A DNA stretch of 60,630 bases from Enoplolaimus lenunculus (Eukaryota): NCBI GenBank assembly GCA_030248215.1, contig JASANG010002067.1, positions 434,001-494,630 on the forward strand. The letters run 5' to 3'. Shown here one piece after another: positions 41,181 through 54,228 of this stretch. The number at the start of each line of letters is the position of its first letter. Position 1 is the first letter of the stretch. The notes beneath the pieces were generated by a model. It was not told the origin of the DNA and did not search any database. It was given only the letters and a program-made list of their open reading frames with translations. Position numbers and translations under genes: made by a program.

Positions 41181-42056
41181 TATGAAGCCGACGGTGACCG
41201 GACAGATGGCAACCGCACAAAAGTCCGTCTGGACAAAAGCCGTCTGGGCAAAAGGCCGACCGGATAAAAGGCCCACCGGAGAAAAGACCATCCGGATAAA
41301 AGGCCGTCCAGACAAAAGGACGACCGGACCTAGACTTCTGGTTTCGGCTCCAAATCACCGATACTCAAAAAAGCAAGCCCGAGACCTGTGAAATACAGTG
41401 ACTTACCGAGACTCCCATCTCTGTACATAGAAATTTTAACTATCAAAACTGATAACTGTTGTGTGATCTGCAGTAAAAAATGTTTTCTGGTGATTTTTAG
41501 GGGATGAAGAGTTTGTGAATGATCAAAACGTCAAAACAACCTGCATGATTAGATTTTAGTTATAACATTAAATAAAAAAACAAAAAATGGAAACAAATGC
41601 TCGCTATTTTATTGCAAGGTTTATATTGCTTATTCAAATCGCTCAACCTCCATTTAGCGTGTCGTTGTTCGCCTATGGTTTAATTCAATTTTGCCAGGCA
41701 GCCTGTGTACAGGCGGATTGTGTCCAAACGACTTTTTTGCGGATAGCCTTTTATCCGGACGGCCTTTTATCCGGACGTCCTTTCGTCCAGGCGACCTTTT
41801 GTCCATGCGGCCTTTTGTACCGACAGAATTTTTTCCGGACGGCCTTTTGTCCAGGCGGCCTTTTGTCCGGACGACTTTTGCCCAGGCGGCCTTTCGTCTG
41901 GACGGTCTTTTGTCCAGGCGGGTTTTCGTTCCGACGGCCTTTTGTCGAGACGGCGTTTTGTCCGACGGCCTTTTGTCTGGACGGTGTTTTGTCCGGACAG
42001 TCTTTGGTCCGGCGACCATCTGTCCGGCGGTCATTTGTCCGGCGGCCTTCAGTATA
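41181..42056. mobile_element. Foldback-like element with arms made of about 16-bp tandem repeats
   Basis: GGACAAAAGGCCGTCC-like units at about 41185-41330 and their reverse complement GGACGGCCTTTTGTCC at about 41715-42050, around a unique AT-rich spacer. Confidence 0.65.
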
Positions 42057-42299
42057 AGAACCGAAGCCGATTGCTGGGTTGCTGTCATTAAAAATTGTCA
42101 GGCCAACCTATGGAAAAATTCACGCCATAAAGTTTAAGTTCTGTTAGGTTTTTCTATGTATATATGTAGGCACACCCACAACCCTAAAAATTCTGTGAAC
42201 GTGCACCTATCAGGCTATTCTGTCACAACTGGCATGTAAGCGCCAGGCGGATGGTAAAAATAATGAAAACGGATACCGATCAAAAAACGAAAATAAGCG

Positions 42300-42990
42300 T
42301 ACTGTAGTGATCCGAACAAGAGTTGGGCTAATATTTATTTGGTCTCTCCAAAAGGTACCCCTTTGTTATGCTCGGTTACGGACAGTTGTTCAATTTTAAT
42401 CCACGACCATCCATTGAATTGAACATTTATTTGTCTTGTAATCAAAGGTTCAGCGATAATGCAAGATCATAAGTAGCTTGGAATGTAAGTACTTTCAAAA
42501 CTTAAGTATGCTTTAAAGTTTCGAACTCAACTTTATTTGGCCCTATTACAGATAATTGATCTTTATGGACTCTAGAGTTTAGTGATTCTATCCACTTACA
42601 AACTCTTTTAGGGATACGGACTCCTATTAATTGGGACTCAAAATGGGGACCACCCTTATCCGGGTGCACCAGGAGTTCCGGTAGGGCAATCCAGTATTTT
42701 TCACTATCCAGTTCTGGTAATAAATCCAGTATTTTCACCGGAATGTTCCGGTATATATTTTCGGTATTGAAAATTTTTCTCATTTGAAAATTTAAGAAAA
42801 AATGGCATATTATTAACTTATATATATTTATCTAAAATTGTCCCAGTGTATTGCTAAAATTTTCAATTTGAGCCATATTCCATATCATATCTTTCCACCT
42901 ACTGAATTTGTTTCAGGATTTTGGCATTCTATTAAATGGTGTGTTTGCAGCATTAAAAGCGATAAAAATAATTTTTTCGGTAACTAGTAT
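42300..42990. mobile_element. Nested MITE fragments: TACTGTAGTG-family copy interrupted near 42660 by a truncated CAGGGTGCA-family copy
   Basis: 42300-42659 resembles 35021-35420. From 42660 the sequence begins ccgggtgcacc and resembles the interior of 26409-26769 (atttgtttcaggattttggcat). Confidence 0.6.
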
Positions 42991-44606
42991 ATATTTTTTA
43001 AAATTTAAACACAAATAGCGAATTGCCCTAATTTTTTAAGAATTAAGACAAATTTCATTTCTAATGGTCCATGTTACCTTTAGGGCGGTCCCAATTTCCT
43101 TGCTATATCCGCATTTGAAGCCAATTGCTAGCAACATATAACCGGTTGGCCTTCCAACGTGAAACAGACTTCGCAATTTTGAAAAAATTGTTTTAACATA
43201 ACAGCTTAACACCGTTCATTACAAAACCTAGTTGCTTTACCTCCGGCTACGGTTTTCACCCGCCCTGTAAAAATCACTTAACATATTACTTTAGTTTAAC
43301 TTTTAAATATTAGTGTCCTAAACGTTGAGCAAAACTTTGCTGAAATAATGTAAAAAGTAAAACTACTGCTGTCATTTGCCGATTAAATAATCAAAACTAA
43401 GAATTGTGCCAAGCCCTATAGTAAAGTTACTTTACTTTAAACATTTTTAGTGAGCGGTGGTAACCTGGACCGCAGTATACCGGTTTGAAATGCATGGCTA
43501 CAATCAACTAACTATTGCACTCAACAGAACTGGACAGTAATTTTAATAAATTCACAATAAAAATACAAGTAGAATCACAGAATCGCGAACGTATATAAGA
43601 ACCGCTAACCCTTAACTAATAACGTTACATTACTGCAATTTCAATTGACAAACATGAATCCATTCTTATGGGAAACAATACAACCGCCAGTAACATTAAA
43701 TTTAACGAAACATCGGACAGAGTATATTATTAAACTTTGAACATCACAGAACTAGTACACTGGATAACGCAGCTACCACTAACACCCTGGTAGAAACAAA
43801 AGCATGATTAATTTTACTTTTCATTGAAATAATCATTTTAATACTTAGAATTCGTCAGGTTAGGCATTTTTCGATAAATACACAAATTCCCTGATAATGC
43901 CATAAAACCAGCGTATAATTATTTTGTTATTATATCATAATGACAACGAACAACAATTAGTTACAATCAATAATTACATATTGAATGCAGAGTGCTCAGA
44001 GTGAATCTAGCCAGTCTACTTTTGTTAAATAATACTACTTTCACAACACAACAGTAAACTCAAACACAAAACGGAATTATAGCAACACTTAAATAATATT
44101 AATAGCTCTTTGCCTATGTTATATTGAACTAAGCAGTGTGCGTTAAATAACGTCTACAAAAAATCTTCTAGCCAACAACTGCCCTAAATGTAAAGATAAC
44201 TCTTAAAGTGAACTGTACAAATAACATGAGAAAACGACAGCACATTCATTTCAATCTACTAATAAACTATCTATTTGTCGACGCTGTAACATTTTCATAT
44301 CGCAAAAGAAACAGAATACTGAATTGCAGATTGCAATGTTATGACCACGGATGTGGACAAATTATTTCAAAATATACGACACACCATGGAAAACAACGCT
44401 ACCCCAAACAAATTTAACGATATTGACTTATGCTATACAGTCTTCATTTAAACATACCGAATGTAGTAATACCTACTTTGTGATAGCGCCTAATACAAAC
44501 TGAATATATGTCTGTCAAGTACCTGGGAACATATAATATATAAGAATTATAAGTGTAAATAAAAACTGTATCACATAATATACACATCATTTAAATATTA
44601 AATCGA

Positions 44607-45631
44607 TCATCCTTTCTTGAAGTTTTTATGTACGCCAGGCTTTATATCACACACTAGTTGTAAGAGTGTTTGTATCACCTGCAAGCACAATAAAACAAAA
44701 GTTTTTCATTGCTGCAAAGCACAGCAGCGGGCAACACAAACCATTACAGCGAAGCTAAGGGAAACTCTATGGTCACAACATCGTACATGTTTTCAATACA
44801 CAAAAACAGGTAAACACAAACCTAGAAGGTTCGATCCAAGTTGAGGTGAAATGTACACAAAAACTTTTAGACCAAAAATTGTTTATTACAATCATTAAAT
44901 GTTGTTTTTCGTAAATATGATTCCTGATGACAAGTTACAGATACATAAAAAGGAATGCTAACCTTGTCTTTGTTTTGATCGGTTAGTCGCTTCATTTTTT
45001 CTAATTCCGCTTGTGTTGACTGGTCTATTCGCAACTGCACATCATCTCGTGAGCCAAGGTGCTCTGCTTCAAATGTTTTAAACTGTCGCTCTCGTTCCTA
45101 AAATAAAGCGTAATCGATAGAACAATAAGTGTTGAAGTTATTATACCTAGAAAAGACTCAATACCCGAGTGCGCGTGCAATGGATTGTGAACATGTCGCT
45201 ACAATTACCTTTCGGTGGCTGACCATTTTAAAGTTTATTTAATTTTGCAAAATACTGGCGACTGGTAAAACAATTTTTGCATCCTGTCAAAAAACAAAAA
45301 TGCCAATTCAATGTAGAACGTCACTTGGAATTTACTAAAACTTTTAATCAGCTTCTGTGCGCTCTGACAACACCTTACGTTTTCACTAACATGCATAAAG
45401 TAATAAAAAATCCGTTAATCCACGAAACAATGACAATAATACGTATTATAAATATATAACACTTACAGATGAAAAAACTATTACCTGTCTGTAGCGTTCT
45501 ATTTCCTGCTGTGCCTCCTCCTTCGCTTGCTTTAACCGTTTTGCTTTCCGTTTACGCGCTTCGTTTATTTTTTCCGCAGCACGTTTTTCGGCAGACAATA
45601 ACTGTTGAATTCCCGCGGTTTGACTTGCCAT
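44607..45631 (-). CDS. vha-10: V-type proton ATPase subunit G, 117 aa
   Basis: Exons 45485-45631, 44963-45097, 44607-44678, all phase 0 and [45 protein letters not shown]...HLGSRDDV...[13 protein letters not shown] is typical of ATP6V1G. Confidence 0.96.
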
Positions 45632-46689
45632 AACTTATGACACGACTTGCAGTTATATTTACTCTATTACATGTATTAAAACAATGTATATAATCTAAAC
45701 TTGTTTTATAATAAGCAAAAAACAATTTATACAGATAAGCACATTATAATAAACTTTAAAACTTATCATTATCGTAAACTAAGCAGTAAAAATGTTCGAA
45801 GTTACTCGCTACAAATCGTTAAGCAGAAACATTACCAGAAGTACGCACAATTCCCTTTTCAAAATGACGCGACAGTTGGCACGTAAGCTACCAAAAAAGA
45901 GACCTTACACATCGCAACGGTTTACTAAACATGTGCACAGCTTACTGATCATTCGTTGGTTCCGACGGAGACACGGAGGAGGCTTCAACCAGGGCACTCG
46001 ATTAGCAACCAAGAAAAAACCCTTGATCGACAGTGGGGTAATTGTTGACTACAAAATCACTTATCTTTAGAGAAAACCTGACTAATAACATGTAACAAAC
46101 TTTGCGCGTTTACCTATTACATTATAACTGAAAAATTTTACAAAATGTTTGCTTAAGGCCTAAAAAATTTAAAGTTTTACGGAACGCTGCAAAAAACAGC
46201 GTAGTGGAATAGGGTCGTTATTAAAGCGGTAAAATGCATCGGCATGAGATGTTAAGCTTTGTCACGTAAACACTTTAGATACTTAGACCACGAAAAGAAA
46301 AATTATTAGCTACCACCGTTCTGATATTTGAATGACCCATTAACGTCAAAATTTGGTAGGAAGCGTAATTAAAACAAACCAAACTAACGGGACTGTGTTT
46401 TATTGTTTTGCATTCTATTCGTATTACCCGTCATTAAAACGATCAGAACTGTGTGTTTAGAGCGTGCCGAGGCAGTGAGAATCGAAGAATACATATTGTC
46501 GGTTTTCGGAGTGGCTTAGAATTTAGACCACCGCTCTTCAGAGATGTCGAAAATTCCCGTTTTTGACCATTCCAAGCTGAGAGAATATACTTGGTTTTTT
46601 CTTGATTTATCTGAAAGATATATGGAACACCGGCAGAACCTCGGACCTTTCGCTCGCGAGTCACGGCGCTACGATTAGGGCGTTGATAT

Positions 46690-47080
46690 AAAAAACCTTC
46701 CAACATCCCCTGGTCATTCCACGCCCTGATTTGAATTTTTGAAAATTTGATTTTTAAAGTCTCGAGGTCCCTCTTGGTACCCAAATCTGTGTTAAATTTT
46801 CTGCAATCAAACGCATGGCTAACGCGTTGCAGTTAAGCAACTGATTTGGCTCCAAATCAATTATTTGACCATAACTCATTAACCAGACCTTTAACCGTTA
46901 AAAATTAAACACAATTGACCTCAGCTGATCATGCTGCGTTGAATAATATACAATTTGTCTACCCTTTCCGCAAAAAACGTTAGTCCCAAGAGGGAGACCT
47001 TAATCCTTAAGGTCTTAAAAATCAGATTTTTCAAAAATTAAAATTTGGTCATGGAATGACCAGGAAAGGTTGTGAGAAAC
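46690..47080. repeat. Long imperfect inverted repeat, probable non-autonomous DNA element
   Basis: cctggtcattcca...aatttttgaaaatttgatttttaa (46709-46760) is the reverse complement of ttaaaaatcagatttttcaaaaatt...tggaatgaccagg (47015-47063). Confidence 0.6.
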
Positions 47081-47420
47081 TCAATTATATAACAATTTTC
47101 AAAATCCAAACTTTTTTGGTCAAACACTGGGTACGGGATAACCGAAAAGACCTGCAATTAACCAACTTTTTTCACAAGTGTAAGTTTGAAAACCAATTTA
47201 TTACACGCTGAAAAAGCAGCAATAAAGGGCGCTTAGTTAATATGTGCTAAGCGCCTATTTAACGTTTTTAAGAACACCGACCGAAACATACAAATTAGGC
47301 TAAAAGATTTCATCGGCCCTGACCAATGGAAAAAATCTGCCCCATCGACCAACATATTACACATGCACCATACTCATACACACCTATACCAATATGCCAA
47401 CCTTCTCCGTTCTTTCGGCG

Positions 47421-47945
47421 GTTGCGGGACATTGCTGGTAATTGCGCTACCTCGGTTAGCCAAAGGTCCCTTGTTCGAATCCAGCCGTTGTCAATTGTTT
47501 CAACTTCACTTCGCACTAAACATAACACTTACATACATTGCCGTTAAGACCGCGCAACCTTACACGGTGACCACGATGTTACCGCTAGGACATACAGCCA
47601 AGATCTGAGCCCAAGAAAAGGTGTGACGGACAGGGGACGACCTCCTCGAAAAAGAGATGTCTGGTAATGTACAATGGAATACCCGTATATAAACTACACA
47701 CATAAAAAGTCAACCCGTAATATACGCTGCACAGGTGCTACGGCAGTACACAACGTAGTAAACAACCACATAACAACTAACACAAATAGTTGACCCAGTG
47801 CCGCGATTAAGTTGGTAATTGCGCTAAACGGGTTAGTCAAAGATCGCTGGTCCGAATCCAGCCGTGGTCAAGTCAATTGTTTCAAGTACTTCGCAGTAAC
47901 ATAACACTTACATATATTGCCGTGTTAAGACCGTGCAACCTAACA
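47421..47945 (+). repeat. Two direct copies of a tRNA-derived SINE-like repeat (about 47421-47570 and 47797-47945)
   Basis: Shared tggtaattgcgcta...ggttag.caaag..c...gt(t/c)cgaatccagccgt.gtcaa...cataacacttacata.attgccgt..taagaccg.gcaacct, with B-box GTTCGAATCC. Confidence 0.7.
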
Positions 47946-49119
47946 GCGCGTGGGGTGGGACTCAGCGTGCATTCCGTGTCGCACTGGTGCCCACACTCGG
48001 CATCTCTTAACCTCCTAGCTATGTCGCTTCCTTGGCGTGCAACTTGTCCGTCTCAGTCTATCTTTCTAGATTGTGATCTATATATTCGTTGCCACATTAT
48101 TCCTGCCCCTATTGCTTCTTTATATGCCAATACCACTGTGCTTTACAACTTTCTGCCAAATAAGTTAAAGTTTACCTTATTTCCGGTCATTATGCTTTCA
48201 GAATCTCAAACCCCACTTTCTTACCTAATTCTAAAATGCCATATTTCCTGTGATCTTTCATATGCTCATTTCCATGTTTTCAGGAGTGCCATTCCCATTT
48301 CTAACTAATTTCCGGGTGCTCATTCCATTTCGCACCTTATTTTCTGTCAATCCTCATTCCATTTCGCACTTTATTTTCTGCCAATCCTCATTCCATTCAT
48401 TCTATTTGACATATCTCTGCTTGTCATTATTATGATCATAATCCTTGAGTTTCTGCTAGTTTTCGGGACGCTTAGCTAGTATTTTGAGAGAATTTGATCA
48501 TGCACGTGTATGGGTATTATTTCTATTGTATACATTGGGAATAGTGTTTTCGCGCATTCGTAACAAAATGATCTTATTAGTATCGGTATCACCATAAGTC
48601 AAAGACTATAAATCATAAATTTGGAATCTGCGCAATATATGTGTCATTTTATGGTTTGTTGTAATTTATAGATTTGCGGACCGTTACCGAGTTTGAACAC
48701 CAGTCGCGTCAGCTGTACTTGATAGATCTTTGCCAAATTTGGCGTAATTGTCCGTTTACATTGGACTTTCCGTATATGTATACTTTCCGATCACACGGAC
48801 CCTCGCTCGAAAGTTATCCACGGTAAAAGTCATAAATAACGCATAAGAACGCAATACGCTACGTACTAACGGACCTCAGTTCGAATTACTTGTCCTGTAT
48901 TTGTATTGCTCACCAATAAAACGTCTCTCGCTTTTAGGTCAATTTTTCGAGTAATTTTTTTGAGTTTTCCGGCTAAATATAGTTATATAACTTAGCTAGC
49001 TTGTTGGAGCGCATTCGGACACTACGGAAGGTTGTATTTTAACGGATTTTGTTGGCATTGTACGTGTCAGGTTATGTTGAAACCTGGACTTCAGATCTTT
49101 GTACTAAGCATCTGGAAAA

Positions 49120-49552
49120 GCGGGCCTCCAGAGCGGGGATCGAACTCACAGCCTACAGATCTTAAAGCGAATACTTTACCACTGCGCCACGCAGCCCGCC
49201 TCTCCAACTACCATTTTTGTCGACTATATGTGTCGATCGTATGCTGTCAGCAAGCACTCAACGCAATGTGCATTGCATTTATTGCATATGCACTAGGACA
49301 AATATATCTCGCATGCTTACATGCCCTTATTTTCAAAAAGGTCGTCCCTTGACCCCTTGAATGTACAGCCTATAGCCCGCCTCTCCAACTACCATTTTCG
49401 TCGACTACATGTGTCGGTCGTATGCTGCCAGCAAGCACTCAACACAATGTGCATTACATATATTGCATATGCACTAGGACAAACATGTTTCACATGCTTA
49501 CATGCCCTTACTTTCAACAAGGTCGTCCCTTGATCCCTTGGATGTACAGCCT
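49120..49552 (-). repeat. tRNA-like unit (49125-49197) with two tandem 181-bp upstream units; same family as 22396-22560
   Basis: The minus strand reads GGCTGCGTGGCGCAGTGGTAA...GAGTTCGATCC. Tandem units start at 49194 and 49375, and their reverse complement matches the sequence upstream of the tRNA-Val-like unit at 22483. Confidence 0.75.
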
Positions 49553-50261
49553 TGTAGGTGGTATCTCACCTTTGAATTCTGGGTTTTTACTTTTTATTTT
49601 CTAAATTACCCTCCCTCAGCTTTCCCTTTTTCTGGAGCGCCCTGGGCTCCTATTTAGCACTCTTTTTCCTATTTCTGAGCTGTGACCCCGCTGGCCAATA
49701 TCCGAGTGCGACTCTTAAGTCGTGCCGGATATTTTCCTAAAAACTTATAAAAATCTATTTTAAAAATCTAAAACAATTACCTAGCTAGGTTTGGTACGTG
49801 GTTTTTAGGGTGTTTTTAGTTGTTGTCTTTTGTTTTGTTTTTGAGTGTTTATTGCTTTGCATCCGGAAGTTGATAGTGGTTATTTTTTAAAAGTTGCGCG
49901 CACAAGAAGTAATAGTTTTCAAAGCTATTGTTTTAGAGCTAAAAATAATTCTGTAATTGTTTTACCAAATAATTCTGTGCCTTAATACGGTGCTTTATCT
50001 TATAATTTTACTTGTTACATTTACTTTGTCATTTAACTTTTATATAAATTTTCCAAACCCGTGCGTTTTCTGCGGAGCGATTGATCTTAGTTGAAGTACG
50101 GACTCATTTGCTGTTGGACCCCAAAGTTTATTTGACGCGGTGTCGAACACAATAGCTAGCTACCCGGATCACACAGAAAAGAACAGAATCAGGACACACA
50201 ACCGGATAAAGAAACACACACAACCAACCGAAACCCAAAACCGACATGGTGACCACGATGG
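49553..50261 (+). promoter_or_regulatory. Candidate 5' LTR (49553-50246) and primer-binding site (50247-50261)
   Basis: TGTAGG...CCGACA termini are inverted at 5 of 6 positions; TATAAAAA near 49746; followed directly by TGGTGACCACGATGG, which resembles the complement of a tRNA-Arg 3' end. It cannot be confirmed without the 3' LTR. Confidence 0.35.
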
Positions 50262-50416
50262 CTTCAATTCTGGCGTGATCAATTGTGACGCTAGATTCGA
50301 ACGGAAAAGGATAAAGGATAAAGGTGACAAAGACTAAAGCATAAAGTCGAGATTGTAAGTGTGCAGAATTTTATTGTCCCCCAGTTTTCAGAAATACCCA
50401 GCCTAGTATATTCGTC

Positions 50417-53400
50417 ATGTATCGGACCCCGCAACATCCTCGAGTTCCGCCATTCCCCCAGTATCATGGACATCCTGACAGCCTCCCGAATCAGATGGTT
50501 ACCAGGAATGCCTTACGACAGTACCAGAATGCACTACAAACTCAACAACATTCCCCGTCCCGAGTTACGATCCGAACTGCGTCTCCCCAGAACTCAACCC
50601 TATTGACGAGTCCTCAAGGAATTATGGAACCATCACCGGATATACACATTTCAGCACCCGTTACCCCGTTCCAAGAACCTGTAGCCACAAACACACTTAA
50701 TTTTGTAGGTGATCAGGAGAGTGCAGATCCGAACACAAGTAATGTAGCATCAGATACACAAAATCCGCTAGCTACAAAAAGCATAACTATAGATACAGAC
50801 CCGTATGTTTTAGTACCAGTAAAAACAAATTCTTTGCCCTCAAATGTTGCAACAGTAGTAACATGTATGACAGCAAATATGCAACAGTTAGCAATAACAA
50901 CTGAAGGACAGCAGCATTTGTATAATCAGAGTAACATAGCTAATATGCCACAGTTAAATACAAATGTAACACAGATAGGAACACCGGCTGGACAAATTGT
51001 CCATCCGATAGTACCCACATTAGCATACCCATATTCCTCAGCAATTTCAGGTACACATAATTATTCAGGCTATAATGTAGTCGCTTTTCCTAGTGTACCT
51101 CAAACAGTTGTGCAACCGACATGTAGTTATGCACAAAATATTTCGCAAACTCCTAACAGAGTTAATGTGCAATATTATCCCCAAAATTCGAGAAATATTG
51201 TACAACCCGTAAACGGTGTTTTGAATCCTAATACTGGATGTATTAATCCTGATATGTTAAATGCTCCTATACCTGAAACGGTACCTAAAACTTCTGCATT
51301 TCACCCTATAAGCCCTTCAGTTCATGAAAATCCTTCCGTAGTTGCAAATGTAGAAGTCAATGCACCTATAAACATGAATTCAGCTCATGGTAAGACACCT
51401 GAACAACAACTTTTATTAACATTAAATCCACAACAATTATTATTATATCAACAAACATTAATGAAAAAAGCAGATAGTTGGAATCCCCAAGATGATCCCC
51501 CAGAAGCACGAAGTCCGGAATTATTTAAGGAAACGGTTAAAACTTGGATGTTTCCGAAAAGACAAGAAAGCTGTTCGTCAACATCAATCCCGAATGCCCA
51601 ACCTAAACGGAATCACAGGAAAGATTTTTCTCCTAGTGATTCATCCGATAGAGGAAGTCGAAGTATTATTGTTGAAAGGACCAAATTAAGGGACACTCCA
51701 ACCCAAATAATAGTTAAGATGCCGGAAAAACCCCCTACTGTACCATCATACGATGGCGAATCTGATTTCGGCACGTATTTCCGCAAATTTAGTCGAACTA
51801 TGAAGTCGGCTAAAATTTCGGACAATGAGACAAAAATGAAAATATTTCGGTCAAGCCTTAAAAAATCCGCAGAAAAATATCTTGATTTTCTGGAGGATAA
51901 AAGGCACGACGCTTTTGAACCAGAAGAATTTGTTGCACTAATAGATTTATTTCATAAAAGGTTCGCGGAAACCACAGACCTGTCAAGTCGCATGGCTACT
52001 TTCCAGCGAATTGTTCAGGAGGGATCTGTGGAAGATTTTGCCGACGAATTACATGCTTATTGGGTTCGAAATTTAGAACCTCAATTTGCAAATACTTTCG
52101 AGGCAAGGGAACTTTTGTGCCAAACTTTTGTTAACAATTCAGTCCATGAGTTAAAATGGAGATTACAATTAGGTGTAACGGAGCCTTTCGATTTTGAAGT
52201 ACTCAGTAACAGGGCTGAAAAGCTACAACGACAGTTAATAGCGGATGGCACATTAACGAAAGTTAAGAGTAGTCTATCAAATAATAATAATAAGTCTGAC
52301 GGCAAGTTACAAACTCGGACGGAATCTAATTCCGCTAGAGTTCTTAGGCAACATTAGTCCAATGCGAGTCAATCGAATGTAGTTCCCAGAAACCAAACAC
52401 AGAACACCCTAAATTTAAATACTAATAACCAGAAATCTTTTCAAAATAATACCGGAAATGCCCAGAGATTACAAGCACTTAGAGACAGTGGCTCTTGTTT
52501 CTTTTGTGAACAACAAGGTCACATGTCTAGAAATTGTCCTAATAAGTCCCAAGGACAGAATCCAACAACGGGTATGGCTTCAAAGCCACTACCGTTAATT
52601 ACTTTACAGCGGGAAGAAAGCATGATTCAAATGAGTCAGGACCCAGATGTTATGCCCTGTGCATTCTGTGGTCGTACTAATCATTTGGTACAAGAGTGTT
52701 ACTTGAATCCTAAGAATAAGGTTAACACACAAATCCTTAAAATACCCCAAGCCCCACAACAAAATAAGACCACATCTGCACCACAAAATAATCAGAATAA
52801 CAATAAACCAGGTCCAAATACTGCCGCAATGGTTGCAAAACCCATGGATAATTACCCAGTGAACGATTCCTTGGCCAATAACCTATCGGGTATCCGTATC
52901 CGTAGAATGCATGAAGAAACTCCTGGTCCTATTTCAATTCAGCACAACCCTAAAATGATTGCCACCATTAATCCCAAGTCCGTCAAAGCTACCGGTGTAA
53001 ATATTGAAGTCAACTTATGTTCCTTAATGGTTACGGCAATGGTTGATACAGGAGCGGAAGTTTCGTTAATACATTCTGAAGTTTACCGGATGTTTTTCAA
53101 AGACAAAATACCCCTGGATACCTCCCAAAATGTGGTTTGCCGGACATTTGATAATTTGTCGTCTCAAACCAGCGAAGGATGTATAAATTACAGTTTAACA
53201 ATCGGAGACTGTACGAAAATGGTTGCACTGCATGTAATACCTCGAATGCAGGCTGCAATAATTTTGGGCGATGATGTACTAACGGATTTCGGTGTTGTCA
53301 AAAATTATTTCAACTCAACCGTTAGTGTTAACCGGAAAATAATTTGGCCTAGAGAAACTACGCTGGAATATATCGAGAACAAATTACCGGAACGTTTGGG

Positions 53401-53773
53401 ATACAATCTCATTCAGAAACCAGTTGTCGAAACCTTAGGTGAAAAGGTTGAAAGGGCACGCTTATCTGGAAAACATCTTAGTCCACCGGTTCGTCGGAAA
53501 CCTATGGGAATATGTTCAGGAGATGACGAAAATTGCAAGGATTTTGAAAATAAACCTATGGAACCTAAAGGTCCATTAGGTATCAAAATGGCAACACATT
53601 CAAGATGTTCGGACGTAAATTGTAAAAATCAATTGCCGCCGTCATTCCAATATCAAGGAGAAACAAAAAGGGGTACGTTAAAAGTTGCATTGTCAGAAAA
53701 CGACACTGACTTAGATCAGCGTCGAAGGGGGATTCTAAGCATGAATATACCCAGACGTGTGATCAAGATATAA
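50417..53773 (+). CDS. gag: Gag-protease, interrupted by one in-frame TAG at 52355-52357
   Basis: Long Q/P/N/T-rich N-terminus; capsid-like region (PSYDGESDFGTYFRKF...QEGSVEDFADEL); two CCHC knuckles, CFFCEQQGHMSRNC and CAFCGRTNHLVQEC; aspartic protease MVDTGAEVS...IILGDD. Confidence 0.88.
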
Positions 53774-53775
53774 CA

Positions 53776-54228
53776 TTGGCAACAATACAAAGCCCAAATA
53801 TGCGAATTGTAAACATTTGCCGAGTAGCAACGTCAGTACGAATACCGCCTAATACTACTAAATTAGTGCGATGTTGTTTACCAGATGAATTAAAGCATCA
53901 AGAAGCAGTGGTAACTGAACCAAAAGGCGTTGCAAACAAATTGTCTGAGTCCATTTTGGTTCCAAATACAATTGCGCGAACTCAAGAAGGCTGCGTTTAT
54001 CTTCCAGTTTCCAACTTTGATGCTCGGCCTGTTGCGCTGCTTAAAGGAGAAGATATTGCAAGTGTCGATACGGGTGAAGTTATTACGAACATCTTTGACC
54101 CCAAAGACTTACCGGAAACATTGGACAGTAACGAAAATAAACGGAGGGAAGATTTAACAACAAATGTTAACGCTTCCCAAATAATACAGTTAAGATTACG
54201 AAGCAACTTAAACAAGCACAGGATTTGA
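53776..54228 (+). CDS. Frameshifted PR-RT spacer segment, beta-rich and loosely dUTPase-like
   Basis: VRIPPNTTKLV...EPKG...VPNTIA...GCVYLPVSNFDARPVALLKGEDIASV, bounded by two -1 frame changes. Confidence 0.55.
   Translation: MATIQSPNMRIVNICRVATSVRIPPNTTKLVRCCLPDELKHQEAVVTEPKGVANKLSESILVPNTIARTQEGCVYLPVSNFDARPVALLKGEDIASVDTGEVITNIFDPKDLPETLDSNENKRREDLTTNVNASQIIQLRLRSNLNKHRI

Noticed and set aside
41587..42137. Overlapping 144-156 aa ORFs, and CRISPR-like periodicity
   Set aside because: They arise from a 16-bp GC-rich tandem repeat with no unique spacers and no cas genes, in eukaryotic DNA.
21419..45631. Three co-oriented genes as a nematode operon
   Set aside because: Intergenic gaps are about 5-6 kb and full of transposons; no trans-splicing evidence is available from sequence alone.
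47622..48000. Alternative LTR starts (TGTGACGG, TGTCGCAC) and primer-site-like TGGTGCCCACAC
   Set aside because: Over 2 kb from gag, separated from it by unrelated repeats, and with no matching terminus.
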